A DNA stretch of 64,000 bases from Bacillota bacterium (GCA_023230985.1 JALNWH010000001.1:2397-66396); one strand, 5' to 3'; numbered from the stretch's first letter, positions 27,413 to 38,366 are shown. Translations and numbers: made by a program. The notes: generated by a model not told the origin, from the sequence alone.

Positions 27413-28330
27413 CTACATCCTCTCGCTTTCTTTTTTACCCAAAAGTCCCGTCGGTTTGAATATCAAAATAATAATCAATATGGAAAATGAAAATACATCC
27501 TTCCACTCCGAGCCTATAAAAGGTATTTGTGTTCCAAAAGACTCCAGAAGTCCTAGCAATAATCCTCCAAGCATAGCACCCGGTATTATTCCAATACCTC
27601 CAATTACCGCTGCGGTAAATGCCTTAATACCTATTACAAATCCCATGAAAAAGTGTAAACTTCCATAATATACACCTGCCATAGTACCTGCGGAAGCAGC
27701 TAAAGCAGTACCTACAAAAAAGGTAAGAGCAATAATTTTATTGCAATTGACTCCCATTAGACGACAACAATCGAGATCCATTGAGATGGCTCTCATAGCC
27801 TTTCCATACATCGTCTTCGTTATAAAAAGATGAAGTACAAGCATAAGTGCAACCGCCGCCACTGTCAAGATTATTTGGGTATGGGTGACAAAAACACTTC
27901 CTATAGAAATCCCTTGAAAACCCAATCCGGTTTTATAAGCTCTGTATTCACCGCCCGTTACTACCATTACAGAATTATATAAAATCATAGAGACTCCTAA
28001 AGCAGTTATAAGAAGAGATAATCTAGGCGCTTCTCGTAAAGGCTTATAAGCGATTCTTTCAATAACAACGCCCAAAAGGCCTACTATTACCATAGTTATC
28101 AACATTGAAACTACTATCCCTGTCCAACTGTTACCCAAAAAAGTATCCTTAAACAATGTCAGCAAAGTTAAACTGCAGAACCCTCCCACCATATAAACAT
28201 CTGCGTGGGCAAAGTTTAGCAGTTTGACGATTCCATAAACCATTGAATATCCTAAAGCAACCAGGCCATAAAATGATCCTAAAAGCAAGCCGTTTACAAC
28301 CTGTTGAATAAATATTTCTTGAAATGACAT
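27413..28330 (-). CDS. livH: Branched-chain amino acid ABC transporter permease LivH
   Basis: The 305-aa polytopic protein starts ...QQVVNGLLLGSFYGLVALGYSMVYGIVKLLNFAHADVYM. Confidence 0.85.
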   Translation of the reverse strand: MSFQEIFIQQVVNGLLLGSFYGLVALGYSMVYGIVKLLNFAHADVYMVGGFCSLTLLTLFKDTFLGNSWTGIVVSMLITMVIVGLLGVVIERIAYKPLREAPRLSLLITALGVSMILYNSVMVVTGGEYRAYKTGLGFQGISIGSVFVTHTQIILTVAAVALMLVLHLFITKTMYGKAMRAISMDLDCCRLMGVNCNKIIALTFFVGTALAASAGTMAGVYYGSLHFFMGFVIGIKAFTAAVIGGIGIIPGAMLGGLLLGLLESFGTQIPFIGSEWKDVFSFSILIIILIFKPTGLLGKKESERM

Positions 28331-28368
28331 ATGCTCACCCTTTCATTTATTGGAGATATATGTAGAAC

Positions 28369-28385
28369 GGGGGCAATATGCCCCC
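28369..28385 (-). other. GC-only intercistronic stem-loop between the binding-protein gene and livH
   Basis: GGGGGC-AATAT-GCCCCC forms 6 G:C pairs in an otherwise AT-rich 72-nt spacer. No U-tract follows. Confidence 0.5.
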
Positions 28386-28402
28386 ATCTATCACAAGTAG
28401 GT

Positions 28403-29569
28403 TTAATCAACTAAAACCCACTTGCCTCCTTCGCCTTTAATTGTAATAAAGTTACTTTCCTCAAGCACGTTTTTCGGTGTGAAAGCAATTGCTCCGGAAA
28501 GGGTTTCGAAATTATCCGTTGCTGACAGTGCTTCCCGCATAGCATCAGGATCAGTGCTTCCGGCTCTCTCTATAGCATCAGCCATTAGATAAACACCATC
28601 ATAAGCCAGGCCGGCGTATGGCCCCGGTTCTTGACCATATTTAGCATTATAAGCAGAAATAAACTGTTTAGCTTTTGGTAGGAAATCGACAACAGGTGGA
28701 GATGTACAATAAACACCTTCGCCTGCAGACCCGGCTATTTCCAGCAATTGTACAGAACTTGATCCGTCAGCCACTGTTATCTCACCGGTGTATCCGCCCT
28801 GCCTAAGTTGCTTTATAAGAAGTGCACCGTCTGCGTGATATGCCGTCCAATATACTCCTTCTGCACCTGAAGATCTGATTTTTGTTACTAATGATGAAAA
28901 ATCTTGCTCGCCTTTATTTACAACATCATAAGCCACCACTTCATGGCCTCTGTCTTTCCATTCATCTCTAGTTAATTCGGCTAAGTTCTCAGAAAATCCG
29001 TCTCCTTGATGTACAAAAGCCAACTTCTCTACACCCAACTCTTCAAAGCAATCTGATGCCGCATCCGCTTGATGATAACCGGGGCTGTTTATCATATAAG
29101 CCCAACCCGGATTTTCATCTATTATCTGCGTGGAGTTCGCTGCAGTGATAACAAAAGGAATCTTAGCATCTCCATAAATTTTAAGTGCCGGTATAGTAGC
29201 ACCTGAGCAGTATCCGCCTAGAACAGCTACAACTTCCGAGGAGACTAATTTACTGGCTGCTGCAGTACACATCTGAGGATCACAACCATCATCACCTAAA
29301 GTAAACTTAATTTCTTTGCCTAATACTCCTCCGGCTGCATTTATTTCATCAGCCGCAATTTTCATTGCATTCTCCATATCTTTCCCATATGTAGCCTCAG
29401 AACCGGTGACCGGAACCATAATCCCTAATAAAATTTCACCATCAAATTCTGGTGCTTCAGATTCTTCACCGCCTCCACCGGATGGTGGTGCTGCCGGCTG
29501 GGAACAACCGATTACTCCGGATAAAATAAGTAAAATTACAAATGCGAAAATCCAAAGTCTTTTTTTCAT
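28403..29569 (-). CDS. ABC transporter substrate-binding lipoprotein, branched-chain amino acid type, paralog 1 and first gene of the liv operon
   Basis: AGGGAGGGG lies upstream of the ATG at 29569; the track start at 29635 has no SD. The signal peptide and lipobox read MKKRLWIFAFVILLILSGVIGC. The sequence LLGIMVPVTGSEATYG...DDGCDPQ... is typical of the family. Confidence 0.85.
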   Translation of the reverse strand: MKKRLWIFAFVILLILSGVIGCSQPAAPPSGGGGEESEAPEFDGEILLGIMVPVTGSEATYGKDMENAMKIAADEINAAGGVLGKEIKFTLGDDGCDPQMCTAAASKLVSSEVVAVLGGYCSGATIPALKIYGDAKIPFVITAANSTQIIDENPGWAYMINSPGYHQADAASDCFEELGVEKLAFVHQGDGFSENLAELTRDEWKDRGHEVVAYDVVNKGEQDFSSLVTKIRSSGAEGVYWTAYHADGALLIKQLRQGGYTGEITVADGSSSVQLLEIAGSAGEGVYCTSPPVVDFLPKAKQFISAYNAKYGQEPGPYAGLAYDGVYLMADAIERAGSTDPDAMREALSATDNFETLSGAIAFTPKNVLEESNFITIKGEGGKWVLVD

Positions 29570-29990
29570 TAATTTCCCCTCCCTAATTTTTTTATATACT
29601 TTATCCCGTTGTCCGCTTAATATTGTTAATAGCAATTAGGACCTCGGGTTCAAGCACAGGAATTATTATGCGCAAACTTCCATTTATCGTAATATCACTA
29701 AAGCTATCCAATACTACTTAAGCATATCCATATTAAGTATTAAAAAATTTAAAATGAAAAGTAGAAATTAAAAACCCTTACTGGAAATTGTAATTTTTTC
29801 TATATATTTGTATTACCGTAGTGTCTTTAATATGCTTGTGTAAAAGTATACCATCATTTTTAACCGTTGTAAAGTCAATATTTGATACAACTTTGTCGAA
29901 TATAAAACCACCTTTTTGTACTTCCACTTTAAACTGACAACTTGTTTGTGTTATAATCATTGTAACACTTTGCAAGGAGTAGAATTTTTT

Positions 29991-30599
29991 ATGAGCAATA
30001 ATATTTTAAAATTAAAAAATAGAAAACCGAATATTTCGAATAAAAATATTTATACTCGTTTTTCAATTCTTATACCATTAATTATTGAATCAGATAACCC
30101 GGAATTATTATTTGAAATTCGATCCGAAAATTTGAAAAGTCAACCCAATGAAATATGTTTTCCGGGAGGGCGAATTGAAAAGGGGGAAGATGAGTTAACT
30201 GCTGCTATAAGAGAGACAACGGAAGAACTATGCCTAAAACCGCAAAATATAAATATTATAGGACCATCAGATACACTGATAACACCTTTTAATTATATTA
30301 TTTATACTTATATAGGAATTTTAAATAATTATGAATACACCTATAATGGGGAAGTAAACGAAGTCTTTACCGTTCCATTATCTTATTTTATGTCAAAAAA
30401 CCCTGAATGTTATTATATAAATGTAGATTTAAAGCCTGATTTAAGTTTTCCATACTATCTAATTCAAAATGGAAAATCATATAAATGGGGAAAAGGAAAA
30501 TATCCGGTTTGTTTCTATAAATATAAAGATAAAATTATTTGGGGTATCACAGCTAGAATTATTCATGATTTTGTTACAATACTTAAAGAAAAAGAATAA
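29991..30599 (+). CDS. NUDIX hydrolase (CoA pyrophosphatase-like)
   Basis: The Nudix box is FPGGRIEKGEDELTAAIRETTEELCL. AAGGAG lies upstream of the ATG at 29991. TGTTATAAT (an extended -10) sits at about 29949-29957. The track ORF start at 29916 is an upstream in-frame extension. Confidence 0.8.
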   Translation: MSNNILKLKNRKPNISNKNIYTRFSILIPLIIESDNPELLFEIRSENLKSQPNEICFPGGRIEKGEDELTAAIRETTEELCLKPQNINIIGPSDTLITPFNYIIYTYIGILNNYEYTYNGEVNEVFTVPLSYFMSKNPECYYINVDLKPDLSFPYYLIQNGKSYKWGKGKYPVCFYKYKDKIIWGITARIIHDFVTILKEKE

Positions 30600-30611
30600 G
30601 TGCGAAATATT

Positions 30612-31175
30612 TCATATTTCTTTAGATATTTTATCGTACATTTTTTTTATTGATTTAAAATCTTCCCAAGCATCTCTTTTTTTATTACTATCTCGTAAAA
30701 TGGCTGCCGGATGGTAAGTGGCCATTATATTGTATTTACCTCTTGTATACCAAGTACCTCTTTTATTTGTAATTTTGAAATCTTTTTGTATTATATTTTT
30801 TGCTGCAACAGCGCCTAAACATACTATAATATCAGGATCAACAATTTTTACCTGCCATCTTAAATAATCAATACATTTTTCACTTTCCGATTCCAGAGGA
30901 TTTCTGTTGTTGGGGGGTCTGCATTTAACTATATTGGTTATATATACATCTTTTCTTGTTAAATCAATAGCCGCAAGCATCTTATCAAATAATTCTCCCG
31001 CTTTTCCTACAAAAGGTTTACCCTGTTTATCCTCGTTATAACCCGGACCTTCTCCTATAAACATAATAATGTTTTCAGTACTTCCTTCACCAAATACCGC
31101 ATGAGTTCTGGTCTTTGATAAAAGACACCTGTTGCATTTTCGAACAATTGATTCCAATTCGCTTAAACTATACAT
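30612..31175 (-). CDS. Uracil-DNA glycosylase, family 4
   Basis: It shows CNRC...C cysteines, the GEGPGYNEDKQGKPFVGKAG motif and ...HPAAILR near the C-terminus. Confidence 0.85.
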   Translation of the reverse strand: MYSLSELESIVRKCNRCLLSKTRTHAVFGEGSTENIIMFIGEGPGYNEDKQGKPFVGKAGELFDKMLAAIDLTRKDVYITNIVKCRPPNNRNPLESESEKCIDYLRWQVKIVDPDIIVCLGAVAAKNIIQKDFKITNKRGTWYTRGKYNIMATYHPAAILRDSNKKRDAWEDFKSIKKMYDKISKEI

Positions 31176-31432
31176 ATTAAATCCTCCGATTATGAATTAT
31201 AAAGAATGTGTCTTGGTGATCAAAGTAGAGGCGGACAATCCTGTCTGCCCAAGCCATGTATGACGCATAAATCTACTAATATTCATTATAACATATCCAC
31301 CCAAAGCCATGCCTAGAAGCAAAGAAAAAAGGCACTACACTCTTTAAATAAGTGCAATGTCTTTTTTATCTCTTCATATAAAAACTACATAATCTATGGT
31401 AAAGAATTACTTTTTTATTAACAAATCAAAAT

Positions 31433-34078
31433 CTATTTAGTACTATACTTCACTTTATCACCGTTAATTACAGCTGCCTGAGCGGCTGCCAATCTTGCTA
31501 TGGGTACTCTGAAGGGGGAACAGGATACATAATCCAACCCCAATTCGTGACAAAACTCTACTGATGATGGTTCTCCGCCATGCTCACCGCATATTCCCAG
31601 TTTAATATCCGGCTTTTGTTTTTTACCTAGTTCCACTGCTGTTTTCATTAGTTTCCCTACCCCTTCTCTATCTATAACTTGGAAAGGATCTTTATCAAAT
31701 ATTTTTTTATCCAGGTATTCTTCAATAATTTTACCTGCATCATCCCTTGAAAAACCGTAAGTCATCTGAGTTAAATCATTTGTCCCAAAGGAAAAAAATT
31801 CGGCATCCTTGGCGATATCATCAGCAACAATACAAGCCCTTGGGACTTCTATCATGGTCCCATATAAATAATTTAATTCAATTCCGGATTCCTCAATAAT
31901 TTTGTCAGCTAAAGTGACAACTATATCTTTTAAAAATGTCAATTCTTCCGGCTTACTCACTAAAGGTATCATGATTTCAGGTTTTACATCTATGCCTTCA
32001 ACTTTTTTTACATAAATTGCTGCTTCAATAACGGCTCTTGTTTGCATTTCTGCTATTTCAGGATAAGATATAGCCAATCTGCAACCCCTGTGCCCTAACA
32101 TTGGATTTATTTCCTTCAAATCTTCAATCCTTATTTTTAATGCTTCATAATCTATTTTTATTTCCTCTGCCAAGCTCTTTAAGCTTTTTTCATCATTAGG
32201 TAAAAATTCATGCAGTGGCGGATCAAGTAATCTTATTGTTATAGGTCTTGCACCCATTGCTTTATATATTCCAATAAAATCTTCTTTTTGCATAGGCAAT
32301 ATCTTTTCCAATGCAGCCTTCCTTTGTTCTTTTGTATCTGCCAATATCATTTCCCTAACCGCCGGTATCCTTTTTTCATCAAAAAACATATGCTCTGTTC
32401 TGCATAGTCCGATACCTTCAGCACCTAATTCAACGGACTTTGTTGCATCCTTAGGCGTATCGGCATTAGCTCTAACTCCCAGCTGTCGATACTTATCTGC
32501 CCATTCCATAAGGGTGACAAACTGCGGGCTAAATTCGGGCTCTATAGTAGGTATAATACCCTCGTATACGTCGCCTGTACTTCCATTTATTGATATATAA
32601 TCACCTTCATTATAAACCTTACCGTTAGCAATAAACTGTTTTAGCCTTTCATTCACCTTCAATGCCTCACAGCCTGCTACACAGCATTTTCCCATGCCTC
32701 TGGCAACAACAGCAGCATGGGAAGTCATACCTCCCCTAGATGTAAGTATGCCCTTTGCTTTAACCATACCTTCTATATCTTCCGGTGAAGTTTCCTGCCG
32801 AACTAATATTACTTCTTCACCTTTTTTAGATGCTTTTACGGCATCTTCCGCAGAAAAATATATCTTACCGCTTGAAGCACCCGGAGAAGCCGGCAGACCC
32901 TTAGCAATAGAATTAGTTTCCTTAAGAATCTTCTTGTCAAAAGTAGGGTGCAGTAATTGATCCAGCTGATATGCATCAACCCTTAGCAATGCTTCCTTTT
33001 CATCAAGTCTACCTTCCTCCACGGCTTCTACCGCTATTCTAATAGCTGCCGGTATAGTTCTTTTGCCGTTTCTGGTTTGCAGCATATACAATTTTCCTTT
33101 TTCGATTGTAAACTCAATATCCTGCATATCTCTATAGTGGTTTTCCAAAAGTTCTGCATACTCTGCAAACTGTTTATATATATCAGGCATTATTTCTTCA
33201 AGTTTTTCTATATTATGAGGGGTTCTTATTCCTGCTACAACATCCTCACCTTGTGCATTTACTAAAAACTCTCCAAACAGCTTTTTTTCTCCCGTAGCAG
33301 GATTCCTTGTAAAGGCAACCCCTGTCGCACAATCATCACCCATATTACCAAAAACCATAGATTGAATATTTACTGCAGTGCCAAGTTTATCGGATATCTT
33401 ATGAAGCTTTCTATATACTATTGCCCTTTCCGTATTCCATGATTTGAACACTGCCTCTACAGCCAATAATAGTTGTTCTTTTGGGTTCATTGGAAAATCA
33501 TTGTTTGTTTCTTTTTTGTATATTTCTTTATACTCTTTAACGATTTGTTTTAATGAATCAACATCCAACTCATTATCAAACTTTACTTTCTCCTCGCTTT
33601 TTTTACGTTCCAAAACTTCATCAAACATTTCTTTGTCAATATCCATAACAACATTTCCAAACATTTGTATGAACCTTCTATAGCTGTCATATGCAAATCT
33701 GTCATTATTCGTATTCTTGCTTAAGGCCTCAACGGTATCATCATTTAATCCTAAGTTTAAAACTGTATCCATCATTCCCGGCATTGAAAATTTTGCTCCG
33801 GATCTGACAGACACAAGCAAAGGATTTATTTTATCTCCAAAAATTTTTCCTGTTTTACTTTCAAGTAAATGCAATTTTTCAGCTATTTCATCTATGAGTT
33901 CATCCCATAATTTATTTCCTTTATTATAGTATGTGTTGCATGCTTCTGTAGTAATAGTAAAACCAAAAGGTACAGGCAAACCTATATTATTCATTTCTGC
34001 CAGATTGGCACCTTTTCCACCTAATAGATCTTTCATAGTTGCTGTTCCTTCATCAAAACTATATACAAATTTTTTCAT
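31433..34078 (-). CDS. ppdK: Pyruvate, phosphate dikinase
   Basis: The 881-aa protein reads GGKGANLAEM. It has the phosphohistidine region TSRGGMTSHAAVVARGMG and a C-terminal PEP-utilising domain ...GICGEHGG. Confidence 0.95.
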   Translation of the reverse strand: MKKFVYSFDEGTATMKDLLGGKGANLAEMNNIGLPVPFGFTITTEACNTYYNKGNKLWDELIDEIAEKLHLLESKTGKIFGDKINPLLVSVRSGAKFSMPGMMDTVLNLGLNDDTVEALSKNTNNDRFAYDSYRRFIQMFGNVVMDIDKEMFDEVLERKKSEEKVKFDNELDVDSLKQIVKEYKEIYKKETNNDFPMNPKEQLLLAVEAVFKSWNTERAIVYRKLHKISDKLGTAVNIQSMVFGNMGDDCATGVAFTRNPATGEKKLFGEFLVNAQGEDVVAGIRTPHNIEKLEEIMPDIYKQFAEYAELLENHYRDMQDIEFTIEKGKLYMLQTRNGKRTIPAAIRIAVEAVEEGRLDEKEALLRVDAYQLDQLLHPTFDKKILKETNSIAKGLPASPGASSGKIYFSAEDAVKASKKGEEVILVRQETSPEDIEGMVKAKGILTSRGGMTSHAAVVARGMGKCCVAGCEALKVNERLKQFIANGKVYNEGDYISINGSTGDVYEGIIPTIEPEFSPQFVTLMEWADKYRQLGVRANADTPKDATKSVELGAEGIGLCRTEHMFFDEKRIPAVREMILADTKEQRKAALEKILPMQKEDFIGIYKAMGARPITIRLLDPPLHEFLPNDEKSLKSLAEEIKIDYEALKIRIEDLKEINPMLGHRGCRLAISYPEIAEMQTRAVIEAAIYVKKVEGIDVKPEIMIPLVSKPEELTFLKDIVVTLADKIIEESGIELNYLYGTMIEVPRACIVADDIAKDAEFFSFGTNDLTQMTYGFSRDDAGKIIEEYLDKKIFDKDPFQVIDREGVGKLMKTAVELGKKQKPDIKLGICGEHGGEPSSVEFCHELGLDYVSCSPFRVPIARLAAAQAAVINGDKVKYSTK

Positions 34079-34204
34079 ATGCTTTTCTCCCCTTCTTTTG
34101 ATTTCTTTGCAAGATTAATCATATTATTATGCTTCAATTATTCTGTTAATATTATTAAAGTTAATGCTATTTTGACAGTACCTTATGTTATCGTAATTAA
34201 AATT

Positions 34205-35011
34205 TTACTCCTTCAAAGCTTTTAACATAATGCCGGCAGTCTCTTCAATTGCCTTATCGGTTATATCAATTATCATGCATCCTATCTCATGCATAATATT
34301 CTCGGCATATTCCAACTCCTGTTCAATACGCTCCATATTTGCATAATTCGCCTCATAATTCAAGCCTAATGATCTTAGTCTTTCTTGTCTGATTGCATTT
34401 AATTTAGTAGGATTTGTAATAAGTCCGAATATTTTTTTCACAGGTATCTCAAACAATTCTTTAGGTGGCTTTACTTCAGGTGTTAAAGGTATATTCGCTA
34501 CTTTGATATTCTTATTTGCCAAATACATACTTAATGGAGTTTTCGATGTCCTCGATACTCCTATTATCACTGCATCAGCTTTTTTTATACCTTTTGTATC
34601 TTTACCATCATCATATTTTACAGCAAACTCTACTGACTCCACCTTATTAAAATAGTCTTCATCTAATTGTCTTATTAACCCGGGAACATAAATCGGCTTT
34701 TCTTTAGTTATCTGCGAAATAGCTTCTATTGCCGGACCCATTATATCTACACAATTTATGTTGTTTTCTTTTGCAACTTTCTCCAAATGCTCTTTTAATT
34801 CAGCAATCACCAACGTATATATAATAATGCTATTTTTATCTTTAGCTTCTAAAACTACTTTTTCTATAGCAGCCTTATCCTTAATATATGGTATTCTTAT
34901 AATCTGATCCCGTGAAAGCTTAAATTGCGCTGCAGCTGCCCGTGCTACTTGCTCTGCCGTTTCTCCTATAGAATCTGATAGAACATAAATTATAGATCTT
35001 CTTTCTGCCAT
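34205..35011 (-). CDS. Pyruvate, phosphate dikinase regulatory protein (bifunctional kinase/pyrophosphorylase, DUF299)
   Basis: The protein reads IYVLSDSIGETAEQVARAA...IIGVSRTSKTPLSMYLA... and lies immediately upstream of ppdK. Confidence 0.9.
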   Translation of the reverse strand: MAERRSIIYVLSDSIGETAEQVARAAAAQFKLSRDQIIRIPYIKDKAAIEKVVLEAKDKNSIIIYTLVIAELKEHLEKVAKENNINCVDIMGPAIEAISQITKEKPIYVPGLIRQLDEDYFNKVESVEFAVKYDDGKDTKGIKKADAVIIGVSRTSKTPLSMYLANKNIKVANIPLTPEVKPPKELFEIPVKKIFGLITNPTKLNAIRQERLRSLGLNYEANYANMERIEQELEYAENIMHEIGCMIIDITDKAIEETAGIMLKALKE

Positions 35012-35151
35012 CTTTACCCTCCTTTATAGTCTTTTTATATAAATTGGAATTTGCATTTTAGATTTATACTATGAACAAATGGAATACAACGAAAAACATG
35101 TTTATTTTTACTATATTACCATAAAAATAATCCCTTTGCTATATATTTTTA

Positions 35152-37224
35152 CTACTTATTTACTACTATAATGCTTAAATCTGCAAATATATTCATCATT
35201 TCACTAATCTGCTTTAAAATTGCTAAACGGTTATTTCTAATATTAATATCTTCTACCATAACCATTATATTATCAAAAAAATTATCTATTGGTTCTTTTA
35301 ACACTTCAATGGCTTTTAATGCATTATTATAATCTTTTTCCCCAATAGCCTTTAAAAATTCTTCTTTAGTCTTTTCATAAATATGCACCAGAGTTTTTTC
35401 TTCTTCACTATCAAATAAGCTATAATTGATCACCGGATTCTTGCACTCTTTTGCGAGGTTTGAAACTCTTATAAAGGAGCCGACTATATTTAAGAATTCT
35501 TCTTTTTTCCTCCACTTGGATAATTCTTTAATTCTTAAATAAGCATCGTAAATATCATCTATGCCTTTATTCAATACTGCATCAAGAATATCATAGTCAT
35601 AACCCTGCTCTAGAAGTGCATTTTTTAATCTGACTTTGAAAAATTCTTCTATCTGATCTAATACCTTGCTTTCTTCTTTTGCTAATATGTTCTTTTTAAT
35701 AAAAGGCTCTAAAGACTTTTTTGCTAAGCCTCTAAAACTTAAATTAATCGACTTTTCCAATATAATATTAATAATACCTAATGCCTGTCTTCTTAAAGCA
35801 TAGGGATCCTGACTCCCTGTAGGTTGTATGCCTATAGAAAAACAACCTGCTATAGTATCTATTTTATCAGAAATGCTTAACAAAGAGCCTACGGTCGAAC
35901 TTGGCACTTTGTCTCCGGCAAACCTGGGCATGTAATATTCACCTATAGCTTTTGCCACTAAAGGGTCTTCTCCTTGAATCAATGCATACTCCTTACCCAT
36001 AATACCCTGTAATTCGTCAAACTCCTTTACCATATTAGTAACTAAATCCGCCTTGCTCAAGTAAGCTGCTCTATCCAAATACTTTTTATCAATATCACTT
36101 AATCTTAGTTCCTCAGATAAATAAGAAGATATATCTTTTATATTGCTTGTTTTATCATACATGGTACCCAAAGTCTCTTGAAATACAACATTCTTTAGTT
36201 TTTCTACACAACTTTCCAGACCCGTCTTTTTATCTTCATCAAAGAAGAATCTTGCATCGGATAGTCTGGCACGCAACACTTTTTCATTTCCTTCTTTAAC
36301 TATATTAATATAGTTTTCATCACCATTCCTCACGGCAATAAAATAGTTTAGTAACTCTCCTTTATCATCCTCAATGGGAAAATATCTTTGGTGCTCCTTC
36401 ATCGGTGTTATAACCACCTCTTTAGGAAGTTCCAAAAATTCTTCATCAAAACTACCGCAAAAAGCCGTAGGATATTCAACCAGATAGAGGATTTCTTCTA
36501 AAAGCTCCTCGTCTGTAGTAATTACTCCGCCTTTTTCAACAGCAATTCTATTTATTTGATTTCTTATCATTTCTCTTCTTTCATTTTGATCAACAATCAC
36601 AAAACCTTCTCTCAACTTATCAAAATATTCACTCGTATTATCAATAATTATATCTTCTTTTGACAAAGTCCTATGTCCCTTTGTTATTTTACTGCATGGG
36701 ATTCCGTCTTTATCAAATTCTACAAGTTTATCACCATATATGGGTAAAAGCCATCTTACCGGCCTAACGAACTTAAATGATTTATTGCCCCATTTCATAG
36801 ATTTTGGAAAATTAATTGCAGTAATCACTTTAGGTAGTATTTCCTTCAACACTTCAATGGTATCGTTTCCTTTTTCCAGCCTTTTCCCATATAAATATTC
36901 ATCCTTAACACTTAAATTATCTTTTTCAAATTTATTTCCTTTTAAAAAGCCTAACAAAGCTTTTGTAGGATTACCATCGGAATCATAAGCCGCCTTCTTT
37001 GAGGGTCCTTTTTTTATTATCTCTAAATCTTCTTGTTTATCCATCACATCTTTCACGTATAGAGTCAATCTTCTCGGAGTACCGTATACGTTTATTTCGC
37101 CATATCTTATTCTATTATCCTTAAACAAGCTCTCCGCAATAAGTTTTAATCGTTCTAAGGATTTATTCATAAACCTGGCCGGAATTTCCTCAGTACCTAT
37201 TTCAAATATTAAATCTTTTTTCAA
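35152..37224 (-). CDS. glyS: Glycine--tRNA ligase beta subunit
   Basis: The N-terminus ...KKDLIFEIGTEEIPARF is typical of GlyS. AGGAGG lies 7 nt upstream of the TTG at 37224; the track GTG at 37233 overlaps the SD. Confidence 0.9.
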   Translation of the reverse strand: MKKDLIFEIGTEEIPARFMNKSLERLKLIAESLFKDNRIRYGEINVYGTPRRLTLYVKDVMDKQEDLEIIKKGPSKKAAYDSDGNPTKALLGFLKGNKFEKDNLSVKDEYLYGKRLEKGNDTIEVLKEILPKVITAINFPKSMKWGNKSFKFVRPVRWLLPIYGDKLVEFDKDGIPCSKITKGHRTLSKEDIIIDNTSEYFDKLREGFVIVDQNERREMIRNQINRIAVEKGGVITTDEELLEEILYLVEYPTAFCGSFDEEFLELPKEVVITPMKEHQRYFPIEDDKGELLNYFIAVRNGDENYINIVKEGNEKVLRARLSDARFFFDEDKKTGLESCVEKLKNVVFQETLGTMYDKTSNIKDISSYLSEELRLSDIDKKYLDRAAYLSKADLVTNMVKEFDELQGIMGKEYALIQGEDPLVAKAIGEYYMPRFAGDKVPSSTVGSLLSISDKIDTIAGCFSIGIQPTGSQDPYALRRQALGIINIILEKSINLSFRGLAKKSLEPFIKKNILAKEESKVLDQIEEFFKVRLKNALLEQGYDYDILDAVLNKGIDDIYDAYLRIKELSKWRKKEEFLNIVGSFIRVSNLAKECKNPVINYSLFDSEEEKTLVHIYEKTKEEFLKAIGEKDYNNALKAIEVLKEPIDNFFDNIMVMVEDINIRNNRLAILKQISEMMNIFADLSIIVVNK

Positions 37225-37248
37225 ATGTGACACCTCCTATTTATACAA

Positions 37249-38133
37249 TCATTTTGTTTTTTCTATCTTTTTAAGTAATGGGAAACCCATATCTTCCCTT
37301 TGTTTTAAATAAGATTGGGCAACCAACTTTGCTAAGTTTCTTACCTCGGCTATGAAACCGGTTCTTTCCGTTACAGAGATTGCCCCTCGAGAATCCAATA
37401 CATTAAACATATGGGAACATTTTAAAACATAATCATAGGCAGGAATCACCAAACTTTTGGCGATAATCCTTTCCGCCTCTTTTTTATATTGATTAAAAAG
37501 ATTGAATAGTAAACTGATATCCGCCTCTTCAAAACTATAAAAAGAATGTTCTACTTCAGCTTTTTTGAATATATCACCATAGGTTATATTCCCAACCCAT
37601 TCTATATCAAATACATTATCCTTTTCTTGAATATACATGGCAATCCTTTCCAAACCATAAGTTAACTCTGCTGATTCCAATTCACAATCAAATCCGCCAA
37701 TTTGTTGGAAATACGTAAATTGAGTTATCTCCATACCATCCAACCATACTTCCCAGCCTAAACCCCATGCTCCTAAAGTAGGTGCTTCCCAATTATCCTC
37801 AACAAACCTTATATCATGTTTAACCGGATCAATACCTAATGCTTCAAGACTTCCTAAATACAAGTCTTGAATATCGTCCGGCGATGGTTTTATTATCACC
37901 TGATATTGATGATGTTGATACACCCTATTGGGGTTCTCTCCGTACCTTGCATCTGCAGGTCTTCTTGAAGGCTCAACATAAGCAATTTGCCAAGGCTCAG
38001 GCCCTAAGGCCTTTAAAAAAGTAAATGGACTCATAGTTCCGGCACCTACTTCTATATCGTAGGGCTGCGCTATAATACAATTCTTTTCCGCCCAGTAATT
38101 TTGTAAATTTAGTATTATTTCTTGAAATGTCAT
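37249..38133 (-). CDS. glyQ: Glycine--tRNA ligase alpha subunit
   Basis: The protein reads [19 protein letters not shown]...[17 protein letters not shown].... It has an AGGAGGGG SD and is preceded by a T-box with a GGC specifier. Confidence 0.95.
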   Translation of the reverse strand: MTFQEIILNLQNYWAEKNCIIAQPYDIEVGAGTMSPFTFLKALGPEPWQIAYVEPSRRPADARYGENPNRVYQHHQYQVIIKPSPDDIQDLYLGSLEALGIDPVKHDIRFVEDNWEAPTLGAWGLGWEVWLDGMEITQFTYFQQIGGFDCELESAELTYGLERIAMYIQEKDNVFDIEWVGNITYGDIFKKAEVEHSFYSFEEADISLLFNLFNQYKKEAERIIAKSLVIPAYDYVLKCSHMFNVLDSRGAISVTERTGFIAEVRNLAKLVAQSYLKQREDMGFPLLKKIEKTK

Positions 38134-38149
38134 AAGAAACCCCTCCTAA

Positions 38150-38360
38150 TTTTAATAACAATAAAGCCCTTCGTCCTCCAAGGGACGAAAGGCTATCTTC
38201 CGCGGTTCCACCCTTATTGACAGTTATATAAACTGCCCTCTTATTATTTTAGCTCCGAAACGCCTTCCCTATAAAACAATACCGATTTGCACCCTATATC
38301 GGCTCTCTTAAATATATTATTATAGGTACTCCTTTTCATCTATGCTAGGAATAGATTCTG
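38150..38360 (-). promoter_or_regulatory. T-box riboswitch leader (Gly specifier) with intrinsic terminator
   Basis: On the minus strand, AGAGAG-CCGA ... GGAA-GGC-G ... TCGG aligns column for column with the asnS leader. GGC is at 38262-38264. The T-box sequence is AAGGGTGGAACCGCGG (38200-38213 region). The terminator GCCTTTCGTCCCT/GGACGAAGGGC is followed by TTTATTGTTATT. Confidence 0.9.
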
Positions 38361-38366
38361 TAATAT

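Noticed and set aside
29778-29975. A 65-aa minus-strand ORF (MQSVTMIITQTSCQFKVEVQKGGFIFDK...) in the ~420-bp spacer between the liv operon and the NUDIX gene.
   Set aside because: The translation is not low-complexity, and an open frame this long is somewhat unusual in AT-rich spacer DNA. However, it starts at a TTG with no SD, as does the internal ATG. Its 5' end overlaps the NUDIX promoter and SD region. I cannot support it without homology or expression data.
29916-29990. An N-terminal 25-aa extension of the NUDIX ORF as given in the track.
   Set aside because: The extension covers the extended -10 element TGTTATAAT and the AAGGAG SD that serve the ATG at 29991.
31212-31254. A GC-rich nested hairpin (CTTGG...GGCGGACA-ATCC-TGTCTGCC-CCAAG) lies in the spacer between ppdK and the UDG gene.
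   Set aside because: It pairs better on the plus strand (G:U) than on the minus strand (A:C), yet no plus-strand gene is nearby. There is no U-tract and I recognise no riboswitch motif. It is noted as a structure only, and its function is unsupported.
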